Source: Myxococcales bacterium (GTDB taxonomy: Bacteria > Myxococcota_A > Polyangia > Polyangiales > DASUME01). From it: a DNA stretch of 64,000 nt. The stretch spans positions 3,648,001 through 3,712,000 of the forward strand of contig JASGJH010000001.1 in assembly GCA_047601445.1 (NCBI GenBank), given 5' to 3'. Each line of letters begins with the position of its first letter. The first letter of the stretch is position 1. Of this stretch, positions 19,701 to 29,938 are shown one piece after another. The notes beneath the pieces were generated by a model. The model ran no database searches, was not told where the DNA came from, and saw only the letters and a program-made list of their open reading frames with translations. Made by a program: the position numbers and the translations under genes.

Positions 19701-21437
19701 TCAGGAGCTCTGTGAGCTGCGCGCGGCCTTGCCGTCCTTGCCGTCGCTGCGCGGCTCCGCCTCTCCCTTGGCCTGGTTGATCAGCAAGGAGCGCGTGGGC
19801 ATGGCCAGCGATGTGCCAGCCTTCTCGACCACCTCCATGAACGACAGCAGGAGCTGCTCGCGCACCACGGCGAATTCGTTGCCGTCCACGGTGTTGACGT
19901 AGGCGGACACCTCGAGGTCGATGGAGGACGCCCCGAACTGCAGCACGCGCGTGGTGAGCCCGTCAGTCCGCAGCTTGGGCTCCGCTCGCAACACCTGCTC
20001 CACGCCCTGGCGCACCTCTCGCACCTGCGACGCCGAGGTGCCATAGGCGAGGCTCAAGGTGCAAGCGAAGCGCAAGCGGTCCCGCGCGGTCAGCGACTCG
20101 AGCTTCATATCGGAGAGCTTGCCGTTGGGGATGGTGATCAGCGTGCGGTCGGCGGTGCGGAACCTGGTCGAGCGCAGGCCAATGGACTCCACGGTGGCTG
20201 TGAAGTTGTCGATGGTGACCGTGTCGCCCTCGCGGAAGGGCTGGTCGGCTCCAATGGCGAAGGCTCCGAACAGGTTTTCGAGGGTCTTCTGCGCGGCCAA
20301 GGCCACCGCCAAGCCGCCGACACCGAGGCCCGCGATCAAGCTAGCCACCGGATAGCCGAGCTGCGAGAGGAGCGCCACGGCGGCCACCGCGAACAGTGCC
20401 ACGTGTCCCACGCGCGCGAGCAGCGGCACCAAGGAGCGCGAGAGACCGTTGCGCTGGGCCCAGGGAGAGATCGACAGCAGCTCGGAACCCACTCCGATGC
20501 TGCGCGAGAGCAGCCAGAAGAAGCCCGCGAAGAACAGGCCGCGCATCAGGCCGTGCACGAACTGGTGAGCCGGAGCGTAGAGGGAGAGCCAGGGCAGCAA
20601 CAACCAGCACACGAACAGAGAACACCACAGGGTCAGCGGCCCGCGTGTGCGTCGCACGAGCTCGTCGTCCCAGTGCGTGGCCGTACGCGAAGTGAACACG
20701 TTGAGCGTGCGCCCGATGAGCCGACTCACCAGGTAGCCGAGCCCCCAGCCCACCAACACCAACAGCGGCATCGCGAACCACTGCCACAGCAGGAGCTCCT
20801 TGGGGCCCGAGCGCAACAGCCAGGCGGGCAGATGCTCACGCAGCCAGCGGTCGTCGAGCTCGAGGTACCAGTCGTCGATGTGGTTCACGGTAGCCAGCGT
20901 GAACAGCCAACGCGTGCCCTGCTCGGTCTCGCGCTTGACCAGGCGCACCGGCGCCGGCACCTGATCCTTGCCCTTGAGGTCCGCCACCTGCTCGAGCGAG
21001 CGCGGCAAATCGTCATCGAGGTTGCCCGTGGAGAGCGGCGAGAGCTTGTCCACGTCGAGCCAGGCGCGGCGATCGAGCACGGCCTTGAGGCGCTCGGCGA
21101 GCTGCGCTCCCTGTTCGGCCTGGCCCTTGGGGATCTCGAGGAAACCGGCGGCCTTCTCGAAGTCGTGTTTGCGGCACAGCTTCACGAACTCTGCCATCGA
21201 CGCGCGCGGAGAATCCGGGGCGACCTCCACATCGGTCACGTCCTTGTCGGCACCCCCATCGGCATGTTCGTCGGAGTGCTTGTCGGCGTCCTTGTCCGAC
21301 TCGTCGTTCTTTTCCTCCTGCGGTGCTTCCTGCGCCCTCGCGCGCGGGATCAGGCGCGACTGAGCGTGGACAGCAGGTGCGCCCAGGATGGACGCCACCA
21401 GCAAGAGAGCGAAGAGAGCGAACGAACGCTTCGACAT
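19701..21437 (-). CDS. MscS-family mechanosensitive channel with an N-terminal periplasmic domain
   Basis: GLGVGGLAVALAAQKTLENLFG, DQPFREGD, VESIGLRSTR; signal peptide. Confidence 0.92.
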   Translation of the reverse strand: MSKRSFALFALLLVASILGAPAVHAQSRLIPRARAQEAPQEEKNDESDKDADKHSDEHADGGADKDVTDVEVAPDSPRASMAEFVKLCRKHDFEKAAGFLEIPKGQAEQGAQLAERLKAVLDRRAWLDVDKLSPLSTGNLDDDLPRSLEQVADLKGKDQVPAPVRLVKRETEQGTRWLFTLATVNHIDDWYLELDDRWLREHLPAWLLRSGPKELLLWQWFAMPLLVLVGWGLGYLVSRLIGRTLNVFTSRTATHWDDELVRRTRGPLTLWCSLFVCWLLLPWLSLYAPAHQFVHGLMRGLFFAGFFWLLSRSIGVGSELLSISPWAQRNGLSRSLVPLLARVGHVALFAVAAVALLSQLGYPVASLIAGLGVGGLAVALAAQKTLENLFGAFAIGADQPFREGDTVTIDNFTATVESIGLRSTRFRTADRTLITIPNGKLSDMKLESLTARDRLRFACTLSLAYGTSASQVREVRQGVEQVLRAEPKLRTDGLTTRVLQFGASSIDLEVSAYVNTVDGNEFAVVREQLLLSFMEVVEKAGTSLAMPTRSLLINQAKGEAEPRSDGKDGKAARSSQSS

Positions 21438-21635
21438 GGCACCGTTGTGACCCAAGGCAAGGATCTGGCAAGTCCGTAGCTTCCGTGGGTGGGGTGCAGA
21501 AAAGGTGTTCCAGAGCGTTCGCTCGCCGTGGGGCATTTCGACGCAACGGGACATTCTTGCGGCGCATGATTCGAAGCGCGTTCCGCGCGCGCGGCTCGGG
21601 TCAGACTGAGAGATGCAGGTGCTCGAGGAATCGCC

Positions 21636-22376
21636 GTGGGCAAGGCGCGCAACATAGTCGTCGCCGTGACGTTCGTGACCACTTCGGGGTTGGTCGCGAC
21701 GTTCGCCTCGGGGGCGCTCGAGCGTGAGCCGGACTCACGGCCCGACATGATCTGGATTCCCGCCGTTCAGGCGCACGCGGCGCGGGGCTTCTGGATCGAC
21801 ACCACCGAGGTCACGAACGAACAGTTCTCGGCTTTCGTGCGCGCCACCGGCTATGTGACCTTGGCCGAACGTCCCCCACGCGCCGAGGACGCGCCGGATG
21901 TCCCGCTGCGTCTGCGCGAAGCCGGCTCCATCGTGTTCACGCCGCCCCAGAAGCCCACCTCGCGCGCCGACGTGAGCGAAGAATGGTGGCGCTTCGTTCC
22001 CGGCGCGGATTGGCAGCATCCGCGGGGGCCGGACAGCGATCTCGCCGGACACATGCAGGAGCCCGTGGTGCATATCGCCCGCACGGACGCCCTCGCCTAC
22101 GCTGCCTGGGCACGCAAGCGCTTGCCCACGGTGGCCGAGTGGCGGCTCGCGGCGGCCCAGCCCGACACGGAGGCAGCCGAGCGTGGCGCGGCTCGAGCTC
22201 TCCTCGAACGCGTGCTGCCCGTGGCCTCGTCGCCTGCCAATCGCTTCGGCCTCTTCGACATGGAAGGAAACGTCTGGGAGTGGGTCTCGGATGATCTGCG
22301 TCTCGATCACTACGCCGGCCGACACAGCACCAGTGATCGCGTCGGCTTTCGCTGCGTGCGAGACGTCTCCCCCTGA
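21636..22376 (+). CDS. FGE/SUMF1-fold protein, shortened, lacking the catalytic Cys segment
   Basis: EVTNEQF..FV.ATGY.T.AE, PVVHI..DA.AYA.W..KRLPT.AEW, GLFDMEGNVWEW, GFRC; no RGGS..C block. Confidence 0.8.
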   Translation: MGKARNIVVAVTFVTTSGLVATFASGALEREPDSRPDMIWIPAVQAHAARGFWIDTTEVTNEQFSAFVRATGYVTLAERPPRAEDAPDVPLRLREAGSIVFTPPQKPTSRADVSEEWWRFVPGADWQHPRGPDSDLAGHMQEPVVHIARTDALAYAAWARKRLPTVAEWRLAAAQPDTEAAERGAARALLERVLPVASSPANRFGLFDMEGNVWEWVSDDLRLDHYAGRHSTSDRVGFRCVRDVSP

Positions 22377-22486
22377 CGCGTCTCTTCGCCGCGCAGGCGC
22401 GCTCGTCTGGGGCATTCGTGCGCTGCGATCGACGCCCAGCCGCGTGTGGATACGCAGGCAGTCCGGAAAATCACGCTCGCAAAGGA

Positions 22487-22502
22487 CGGCACGGGCCGTG
22501 CT
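22487..22502 (+). promoter_or_regulatory. Candidate sigma54 -24/-12 promoter for csbD
   Basis: CGGCACGGGCCGTGCT = GG-N10-GC with a GGCACG core, ~70 bp upstream of the ATG. Confidence 0.45.
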
Positions 22503-22569
22503 CCACATAGGGGAGTGACACGGCGAGCGTAGAGACTCGCCCATCCGACCAACACAACGGGGTGCGACA

Positions 22570-22785
22570 ATGAATTGGACGCAAATCGAGGGGAAGTGGG
22601 ATCAGGTCAAGGGCCAGCTTCGTTCTCAGTGGGGCAAGCTCACCGACGACGACGTCGCGAATCTGCGCGGCAAGAAGGATCAACTCGTGGGCAAGATCCA
22701 GGAGCGCTACGGCGTAGCGAAGGACGAAGCCGAGCAACAGATCGATACCTGGCTCAAGAAGTTCAACGCGCGCGATCCGAGCTGA
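22570..22785 (+). CDS. csbD: CsbD family stress protein
   Basis: MNW.QIEGKW.Q.KG.....WGKLTDDD...G..DQLVGKIQERYG. Confidence 0.95.
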   Translation: MNWTQIEGKWDQVKGQLRSQWGKLTDDDVANLRGKKDQLVGKIQERYGVAKDEAEQQIDTWLKKFNARDPS

Positions 22786-22892
22786 CGCGTGTGCACGCGC
22801 GGCGAAGGTCACGCGTGCAGTGACCACGACCTCGTCACGGCGGCAGGCGGCGTTCCCCCCTTTGCGCCTGTCGCCGCTGACGTGGTCGTGGA

Positions 22893-23171
22893 CTAGCTGT
22901 CTTCGCCGCCCGGGCTGGTCTGGCCGAGAATGCCGTCGAGCCTGCCGGCCCGGTCCAGCGCCAAGAGGTCCGTGAAGCCTCCATAGGACACGTCATTCAC
23001 GAAGACCTGCGGGACGGTCGTCATCCCCGTGACCTCGACCAGCCAGCGACGCTTGGCGGTGTCCCGGGCCACATCGATCTCCTCGTAGGGCACCCCCTTG
23101 CGCTCGAGGAGCTGCTTAACGCGCCAGCAGTAACCGCAGAAGGGGGTCGTGTAGATGAGTACTTTCGCCAT
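22893..23171 (-). CDS. grxC: Glutaredoxin 3-like
   Basis: CGYC active site, TVPQVF, GGFTDL. Confidence 0.9.
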   Translation of the reverse strand: MAKVLIYTTPFCGYCWRVKQLLERKGVPYEEIDVARDTAKRRWLVEVTGMTTVPQVFVNDVSYGGFTDLLALDRAGRLDGILGQTSPGGEDS

Positions 23172-23255
23172 CTTGGAGACGATGTAAGCCCAGGTACGTA
23201 TGGGCCCCGGAGCGCGGGCTGTAATTATCCTTGACGCCTACGGAAAGAGGTCTTA

Positions 23256-23315
23256 GTACAAGTGTACGCACAGTCGTTTGGACACTTGTTTGGACGGTCG
23301 TACGAACAACTGTAC
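23256..23315. promoter_or_regulatory. Array of five 12-bp quasi-palindromes (FabR/DesT-like operators)
   Basis: GTACAAGTGTAC GCACAGTCGTTT GGACACTTGTTT GGACGGTCGTAC GAACAACTGTAC, just downstream of TTGACG (23231) and upstream of the desaturase operon. Confidence 0.6.
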
Positions 23316-23357
23316 AGGCGCTTACGTGTTGCTTGCCCGTGTTCCTGGGAGATGCCG

Positions 23358-24515
23358 ATGACCACCGCTCCTCTTTCCAAGCCAGGTTACTCCCAAACCA
23401 GCCCCTCGGCCCGCTTCAGCACACGCTCCCCGCTGGGCCCGCTGCGCTCCGTGCTTCGGAGCAAGCTGGTGAGCGCACTCGCCTACCCGCACTCGGTGGA
23501 TCACTACCTCGAGCTGGTCTCGCCGCTGTGGTCGGTGGACCGCATCCGTGCCGAGGTCGTGGAGGTCATCCGCGAGACCGCCGACGTGGTCACGCTGGTG
23601 CTGCGTCCCAACGAAAACTTCGGCTCCTACAAGGCCGGCCAGTACGTCGCCATCACCGTCGAGGTCGAGGGCGTGCGCCACACGCGCTGCTTCTCCCTGA
23701 GCAGCAGCCCGCTGCGTCCCGACGGCCTGATCACGCTGACCATCAAGGCCCGCGCTCAGGGCGGCCTGGTGTCGCCCTACCTGGTGAAGCACGCCAAGCC
23801 CGGCCTCTCGCTGGTGCTCTCCGCTGCGCAGGGCGATTTCGTGATCCCCGAGCAGCTCCCCGAGAAGTTCCTCTTCATCAGCGGCGGCAGCGGCATCACG
23901 CCCGGCATGGGCATGCTGCGCACCTTGCTGGGTGGCGGCTACCGCGGGCGCATCGTGTTCGTGCACTACGCGCGCACCCCGGCCGACGTGATCTTCGGCG
24001 CCGAGCTGCGCGCCCTGGCTGCCCAGCACGAGAACCTGACCCTGGTGGTGGAGACCGAGTCCGAGCGCGGCTCCTTGCCCGACCTCAACCACGAGAGCCT
24101 GTCGGCGCTCGTGGCCGATTACGCCAGCTGGGATGCCTGGGTTTGCGGCCCGACCCCACTGATGGACGCCGCCCGCCGCGTGTTCGCCGCCCAGGGCGCC
24201 GAGAGCCGCGTGCGCACCGAGCAGTTCGTCACGGCTAGCCAGCCGCTGAGCTTCGAGAACGAGGCGGGGCTCGTGCAGTTCGCCCGCTCGAAGAAGCGCC
24301 TCGAAGGTGACAAGCGCAACCTGCTCGAGCAGGCGGAGGCCTCGGGCCTGAGCCCCAAGAGCGGCTGCCGCATGGGTATCTGTCAGTCCTGCAAGTGCCG
24401 GAAGCTCGAGGGCGTCACGCGCGACCTGCGCACCGGCGAGCTCTCCACCGACAGCAACGTCGACATCCAGCTGTGCGTCAGCGTCCCCGTCGGCAACGTC
24501 TCCATCGACCTCTAA
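23358..24515 (+). CDS. Ferredoxin reductase partner of the acyl-CoA desaturase (FAD/NAD-binding + 2Fe-2S)
   Basis: R.FSLSS, SGGSGITP, CGP, GCRMGICQSC..C. Confidence 0.93.
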   Translation: MTTAPLSKPGYSQTSPSARFSTRSPLGPLRSVLRSKLVSALAYPHSVDHYLELVSPLWSVDRIRAEVVEVIRETADVVTLVLRPNENFGSYKAGQYVAITVEVEGVRHTRCFSLSSSPLRPDGLITLTIKARAQGGLVSPYLVKHAKPGLSLVLSAAQGDFVIPEQLPEKFLFISGGSGITPGMGMLRTLLGGGYRGRIVFVHYARTPADVIFGAELRALAAQHENLTLVVETESERGSLPDLNHESLSALVADYASWDAWVCGPTPLMDAARRVFAAQGAESRVRTEQFVTASQPLSFENEAGLVQFARSKKRLEGDKRNLLEQAEASGLSPKSGCRMGICQSCKCRKLEGVTRDLRTGELSTDSNVDIQLCVSVPVGNVSIDL

Positions 24516-24575
24516 CCCGCGCTGGTCGCGCGGCTGCACCTCACCTCAACTGAGTCGTCCCTTAGGAGAAACTCC

Positions 24576-25841
24576 ATGGAACTCGCGAAAATCACGCTTA
24601 CCCCCGAGCAGATCGAAGCCTTCGGTGCCGAACTCCAGGCCCTCGAGGAGCGCACCCGCGCCAAGCTCGGTGCCGAGGACGCGGCCCACATCCGCAAGAT
24701 CATGAAGCTCGCCCAGAACCTGGACACCGCGGGGCGCGCGCTCTTGCTGGCCAGCTTGTTCCCGCCGGCGTGGCTGGCGGGCACCACCATGCTGGGCGTG
24801 GCCAAGATCCTCGACAACATGGAGATCGGCCACAACGTGATGCACGGCCAGTACGACTTCATGAAGGACCCCGTCATCAACACCAACTACGAGTGGGATA
24901 CGGTGGCCCCGAGCGAGCAGTGGCGGCACGGCCACAACTACGTGCACCACACCTTCACCAACGTGCTCGGCCTCGACCACGACATCGGCTACCGCGTGGC
25001 GCGCCTCTCCGAGGAGCAGCCCTGGCACCCGAAGTGGCTGCTCGGCAACGTGGTCAACACGTTCTTCCTGGCCACCTTCTTCGAGTGGGGCGTGGGCGTG
25101 CACGACGTCAACGCTGCGGACGCCTACTTCGAGAGCGACATGTCCAAGCTCGAGGTGGACCTGATCCCGGCCCTGGTGAAGAAGATCTCGCGTCAGGTGC
25201 TCAAGGACTACGTGTTGTTCCCCGTGTTGGCAGGCCCGATGGCGGCGCCGGTGTTGGCGGGCAACGTGGTGGCCAACCTGATCCGCAACTACTGGACCTG
25301 GGCGGTGATCTACTGCGGTCACTTCCCCGACGGCACGGTGGTGTTCACCGAGGACCAGATCCGCAACGAGACGCGCGGCCAGTGGTACCTGCGCCAGATG
25401 ATGGGCTCCGCCAACATCGAGGGCAGCCACGCGTTGCACGTCATGACGGGGCACCTCAGCCACCAGATCGAGCACCACCTGTTCCCGACCATCCCGGCCT
25501 GGCGTTACCCGGAGATGGGCGTGGAGGTCAAGGCCATCGCGGAGAAGTACGGCGTGCCGTACACCACGGGCAGCTTCGGCAAGCAGCTGCGCAGCGTGTT
25601 CAAGCGCATCGCGCGCCTGTCGTTGCCGCTCAGCGTCGACGACGCGCTCAACTGGCGCAAGAACGCCGAGATCAACGCGCGCATGAAGACCGAAGGGCAC
25701 GAGGTGCTGAAGGGCAAGCGCAAGCCTGGCTATCACGCGCCCCGCGCCGTGAAGATGGAGAAGGGGGCCGCCAGCGCCAAGCGCATGGTGACCTCCGCGC
25801 TCAAGAAGTCCCAGGGCTGGTTGAGCCGCGTCGCAGCGTAG
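24576..25841 (+). CDS. Membrane acyl-CoA fatty acid desaturase (DesA3/DesB type)
   Basis: NMEIGHNVMHGQYD, HNYVHHTFTN, HQIEHHLFP histidine boxes; RBS AGGAGA. Confidence 0.95.
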   Translation: MELAKITLTPEQIEAFGAELQALEERTRAKLGAEDAAHIRKIMKLAQNLDTAGRALLLASLFPPAWLAGTTMLGVAKILDNMEIGHNVMHGQYDFMKDPVINTNYEWDTVAPSEQWRHGHNYVHHTFTNVLGLDHDIGYRVARLSEEQPWHPKWLLGNVVNTFFLATFFEWGVGVHDVNAADAYFESDMSKLEVDLIPALVKKISRQVLKDYVLFPVLAGPMAAPVLAGNVVANLIRNYWTWAVIYCGHFPDGTVVFTEDQIRNETRGQWYLRQMMGSANIEGSHALHVMTGHLSHQIEHHLFPTIPAWRYPEMGVEVKAIAEKYGVPYTTGSFGKQLRSVFKRIARLSLPLSVDDALNWRKNAEINARMKTEGHEVLKGKRKPGYHAPRAVKMEKGAASAKRMVTSALKKSQGWLSRVAA

Positions 25842-25945
25842 TGCTCGCGGCGTAAGGCCGCGCGCTGGGCGCAGAATGCGAGAGGCCAACCGCGCGAGGC
25901 GGCGCGAAAGGCCGAGCGCATGACTTCCGCCCGACGCGCACACAA

Positions 25946-25985
25946 GGGGGCCGAGTTCCCAAGGGGAGCTCGGCCCTCTGCGTTT
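25946..25985 (+). terminator. Stem-loop terminator after the desaturase
   Basis: GGGGGCCGAGTTCCC-AAG-GGGAGCTCGGCCCTC followed by TGCGTTT. Confidence 0.55.
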
Positions 25986-26081
25986 AAGCACCCCAGGGCT
26001 GCACGCGAGAGCACAGCCCCGCACGCCGCCCGAACCAATGTTTCGTGGCTCCCATGCGCGCGCCCCCCTCGCCGCACCACA

Positions 26082-28901
26082 ATGAAAACCACGATGTGGT
26101 GGTCCGGCGCGCAGCAGCACACCGAGGGCACGGCGCGCGGCGGCCTGCAGGCCAAGTTCGTACGAGTCCTGTTGTGCATCCTGCTGCCCTTCAGCCTGGC
26201 CACCTTGGCCGGAGTCACGTTCATCGAGTACCAGGCGTCGCGCCAGAGCGCGCGGGACACCGAGCACCGCATCGAGGAGGGCATCGCGGACAAGGCCCGC
26301 GTGCTCACCGAGAACCACGCGCTGGCGCTGAGCGGCCTGGTGGCAGAGAACGCCTTCGTCGACGTGAACGAGCTCGTGGAGGGCGCGGTCTCGCGCGATC
26401 AGGACGTGTTGTACGGACTGTTCGTGGCAGTGGACGGGCGCCCCTGGGCCTACGTCTCACCGAGCACGCGCGCGGCGGGGGGACACCGCATGGTCACGCC
26501 GGGGGATCTGAGCGAGCTCGGGCTCGCCGGGGGCAAGGCGCTGTCTGCGCTCGAGACGCAACGGCGCGTGCACGCGTTCGGAGACGAGGTGCTGGAGTTC
26601 GCAGCGCCCGTGCTGGACGAAGGGGAGCTACTCGGCACGGTGCGCTACGGCTTCAGCACGCGGCGCACGCACAAGGCCCTCGAGCTCTCGCGCGACCGCG
26701 CCACACGCACCCTGCTCACCACGCTGCTGACGATGAGCGCACTGACCTTGCTCGGCGGCATTTTGGGGTCCTGGTTCGTGCGCCGTGCCCTCGCGCGCGT
26801 GGCCAAGCCGCTCAACGCGCTCACCGACGCCGCCTACGCCATCGCCGCGGGCAACCGCGACGTGCGCGTGAACGTGAAGAGCGGCGACGAGCTCGAGGTA
26901 CTGGCCAGCGCCTTCAACTCCATGCAGGAGGCCAACCAGAGCGCGCTCGAACAGCTGGAGGCCAAGACCGAACAGGCGCTGGAGGCGGCGCGCCTCAAGA
27001 GTGAGTTCTTGGCCAACGTGAGCCACGAGATCCGCACGCCGATGAACGGCGTGACGGGCCTGGTGAAGCTGATGCTGGAGATGCCGCTTCAGGGCAAGCT
27101 CCGGCGCTACGTGGAGACCATCGACGCCTCGAGCTCCGCGCTGCTGACGGTGATCAACGACGTGCTCGATTTCTCCAAGATGGAGGCCGGCAAGTACACG
27201 CTGCACCGTGAGCCCTTCGAGCCGCGCACCGCCATTCAGGACGTGGTGGAGCTGCACGGCGCACGCGCCGCAGAAAAGCACGTCGAGCTGTTCCACCGCG
27301 TGGCGGCGGACGTGCCGCGGATGATCCAGGGCGACGTCGATAGATTCCGCCAGGTCCTCAACAACCTGGTCGGCAACGCCGTGAAGTTCACGGATCGGGG
27401 CGAGATCTTCGTCGACGTGCGGGTCGAGTCCCGGCAGGACTCCGACGTGACGCTCCACGTTTCGGTGCAAGACACGGGCATCGGCGTACCGGAGCGCGAT
27501 CTGCAGTCCATCTTCGACGCCTTCTCGCAGGTCGACGGTTCCCTGGTGCGCCGTCACGGCGGCACGGGGCTGGGTCTGGCCATCTCGAAGCATTTGGTCG
27601 AGATGATGGGAGGCGCCATCGGTGTGCAGAGCGAACTGGACGTGGGAAGTCGCTTCTGGTTCACCATCACGGGCCACATCGAGCAAGAGGAGGAGCGGGT
27701 CAAGGAGCCGCTACCTCCACGCAAGTCCGCCCTACTCATCGAGGCCAACCAGCGCCTGCGCGAGCTCATCAAGGAGCATCTCGAGAGCTGGGGCATCGTC
27801 TGCGAAGCGCTCGCGAGCGCGGACCCCGCTCAGCCCGGCTTGGACGCGCTGCTCCACTCCGGCCGGAGCTTCGACGTGGTGATCACGGGCGAATCGGCGC
27901 GGCTCTCCGAGCTGCGCATGCTGCTGGAGTCGCTGGAGGCCAACGCGCGCGCGCGGGTGCCGGTGTTGGCGATCACACACTCGAGCTTCACCGGCGACTA
28001 TCGAGATGCCGGGCTCTCCTTGCTGGGGCCACTGCACAAGCCGCTGCGGATGTCCGAGCTCTACAACTGCTTGCAGAAGGCGCTGTGCGGGCAGGTCGAG
28101 CTGCCCAGCGCGGAGGCCCACGCCAAGGCGCGCCACAAGCGCGATAGCAGCAACAAGATCTTGGTGGTGGAGGACAACGAGATCAACCGCTTCGTGGCGG
28201 TCGAGCAGCTGCAGGACCTCGGCTACGAGGTGGATGTGGCGAGCGACGGCAGAGAAGCACTGGCGAAAGTGGCCCAGCGCGCCTATCTGGCCGTGTTGAT
28301 GGACTGTCAAATGCCGGAGATGGACGGCTACACGGCAACCCGCGAGATTCGCAAGCGCGAAGCCGGCACGGGCAGGCACCAGCTCATCATCGCGCTCACG
28401 GCACACGCCATGGCGAGCGAGCGGCAGCGGGTGGCCGCCGCAGGGATGGACGACTACCTGTCGAAGCCCCTGCGAGGCAACGCACTGGAGCGCATGGTCG
28501 CGCGCTACGTGCCCCTTGACGCCGCACCCACGCCGGAGCACGAAAAGCCGGCGATGACCTCCCCGATCCTCGACACGCCCCCGGCCGCGCCCCTGGCGCC
28601 CGGCGGACGGCGCTCCGAGCGCCTCATGCGCATGTGCCAGCACGAACTCCCCAAGCAGGTCGAGGACGTGGTCAGCGCGATCGAGCATCGCGATGCGGGC
28701 AACCTGCGTGCGGCGGCGCACAAGCTCAAGGGAGCCGCGCTGGTGATCGAGGCCAGTCCCCTGGCCGAGGTGGCCGAGCGGCTGGAGAAAGCAGCGGAGC
28801 AGCAGTCGCTGGACCTCTGCGCGGAGCTCCAGGCGCTGCTTCGCCGTTGCTTGTCCGACGTGCTGGTGGCCTTGAATCTCGAGCTCGAGAAGTACGCCTG
28901 A
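26082..28901 (+). CDS. Hybrid sensor histidine kinase (TM-periplasmic-HAMP-HisKA-HATPase-REC-REC-Hpt)
   Basis: FLANVSHEIRTPMNG, NLVGNAVKFT, DTGIG, GGTGLGL, LMDCQMPEMDG, AHKLKG. Confidence 0.95.
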   Translation: MKTTMWWSGAQQHTEGTARGGLQAKFVRVLLCILLPFSLATLAGVTFIEYQASRQSARDTEHRIEEGIADKARVLTENHALALSGLVAENAFVDVNELVEGAVSRDQDVLYGLFVAVDGRPWAYVSPSTRAAGGHRMVTPGDLSELGLAGGKALSALETQRRVHAFGDEVLEFAAPVLDEGELLGTVRYGFSTRRTHKALELSRDRATRTLLTTLLTMSALTLLGGILGSWFVRRALARVAKPLNALTDAAYAIAAGNRDVRVNVKSGDELEVLASAFNSMQEANQSALEQLEAKTEQALEAARLKSEFLANVSHEIRTPMNGVTGLVKLMLEMPLQGKLRRYVETIDASSSALLTVINDVLDFSKMEAGKYTLHREPFEPRTAIQDVVELHGARAAEKHVELFHRVAADVPRMIQGDVDRFRQVLNNLVGNAVKFTDRGEIFVDVRVESRQDSDVTLHVSVQDTGIGVPERDLQSIFDAFSQVDGSLVRRHGGTGLGLAISKHLVEMMGGAIGVQSELDVGSRFWFTITGHIEQEEERVKEPLPPRKSALLIEANQRLRELIKEHLESWGIVCEALASADPAQPGLDALLHSGRSFDVVITGESARLSELRMLLESLEANARARVPVLAITHSSFTGDYRDAGLSLLGPLHKPLRMSELYNCLQKALCGQVELPSAEAHAKARHKRDSSNKILVVEDNEINRFVAVEQLQDLGYEVDVASDGREALAKVAQRAYLAVLMDCQMPEMDGYTATREIRKREAGTGRHQLIIALTAHAMASERQRVAAAGMDDYLSKPLRGNALERMVARYVPLDAAPTPEHEKPAMTSPILDTPPAAPLAPGGRRSERLMRMCQHELPKQVEDVVSAIEHRDAGNLRAAAHKLKGAALVIEASPLAEVAERLEKAAEQQSLDLCAELQALLRRCLSDVLVALNLELEKYA

Positions 28902-28909
28902 GCCTGAGA

Positions 28910-29938
28910 CTACTTGAGGATGACGTCCACCTGGGACAGAGCACCCTTGCGTAGCTGGTAGTGTTCGCGCACGCGCGGCAGGTCCATCACGGTGGTGGTG
29001 GACACCGGCAACTGCAAGTCGTGGCTCGTGAGCTGCCAGCCGTTGTCCATGGCATCGAACAAGATATCGGCGGCCTGCGTACCCAGGGCCACGTGATCGG
29101 GCAAAAATGCGACGTCGCCGAAGGGACCGTCGGCGCTCATCAGCGAGCTCACGCCCACGATGGTGGGAATCCAGGGCCGTTGGTTGAGCCCCACCAGCCA
29201 GCCCTGGCTCAAGAGCGCCTCGCTGAGCAGACGATCGTCGTTCAACACCCAGATCGCTTGCGCGTGCTCCTTGAGGTTGCGCAGGGCGCGCTTGATGTCG
29301 GAGGCGTTGAACGAGGCCGACAGTACCTCGGGCACCACCGTGACCTTCTCCTGCCGGGCGAGCGCGGCCTCCGCCTGGACGAAGCCCCGAAATCCCTCGC
29401 GCCGAATCACGCCCACGCGCGTGATGGGCAGCGTGATCAGCCTCCGCAAGCTCGTGATGGCGGTCACCAGCGGCACTTCGTAGCGAATGCCTGTAGCGTT
29501 CCGCAGGTCGAGCTCGCTCTTCTCCAACAGCGACGTCATCACGATTACCGCGGGCGGGAGGGCCCGGCCCGTGTGCTGCCGCTGGTAGTCGCGGTACGCG
29601 GCTACCGTGGGGTTGTTGACCAGGACCAGCGCGGCAGGCTCGTAGCGCTGGATGGCCTTGGCCATGACCCACGCGTCGTGTCGACTCTCGATCTGGACCG
29701 CGATCAACTGGACGACCTTGCCGATCTCGTCGCTCAGGCCGGTCCACAGCGCACGTGTCTGCTCGGTGTCGGGTGTGAAGACGAGCACGCGATCGGGGCG
29801 TGCGCCGCCCTTGGTCTGGCGCAACTCGCGATAGACACGCTCCTCTCGCACAGGCTGGCGGCCGATCTCGCCGCAGGCGGCGCTCAACGCCGCGATCCAG
29901 GGCAAGCTGGAGAGCCATTCGCGACGGGTCAGCGCCAT
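28910..29938 (-). CDS. Periplasmic-binding-protein-like lipoprotein
   Basis: TRREWL...LSAAC signal; RVGVI, AIWVLND..L, LG.QAADI pattern of ABC substrate-binding-like proteins. Confidence 0.65.
   Translation of the reverse strand: MALTRREWLSSLPWIAALSAACGEIGRQPVREERVYRELRQTKGGARPDRVLVFTPDTEQTRALWTGLSDEIGKVVQLIAVQIESRHDAWVMAKAIQRYEPAALVLVNNPTVAAYRDYQRQHTGRALPPAVIVMTSLLEKSELDLRNATGIRYEVPLVTAITSLRRLITLPITRVGVIRREGFRGFVQAEAALARQEKVTVVPEVLSASFNASDIKRALRNLKEHAQAIWVLNDDRLLSEALLSQGWLVGLNQRPWIPTIVGVSSLMSADGPFGDVAFLPDHVALGTQAADILFDAMDNGWQLTSHDLQLPVSTTTVMDLPRVREHYQLRKGALSQVDVILK

Noticed and set aside
23256..23315. Possible mini-CRISPR or coding repeat (TVVWTLVW)
   Set aside because: Units are 12 bp with no spacers and no cas genes; better explained as operators
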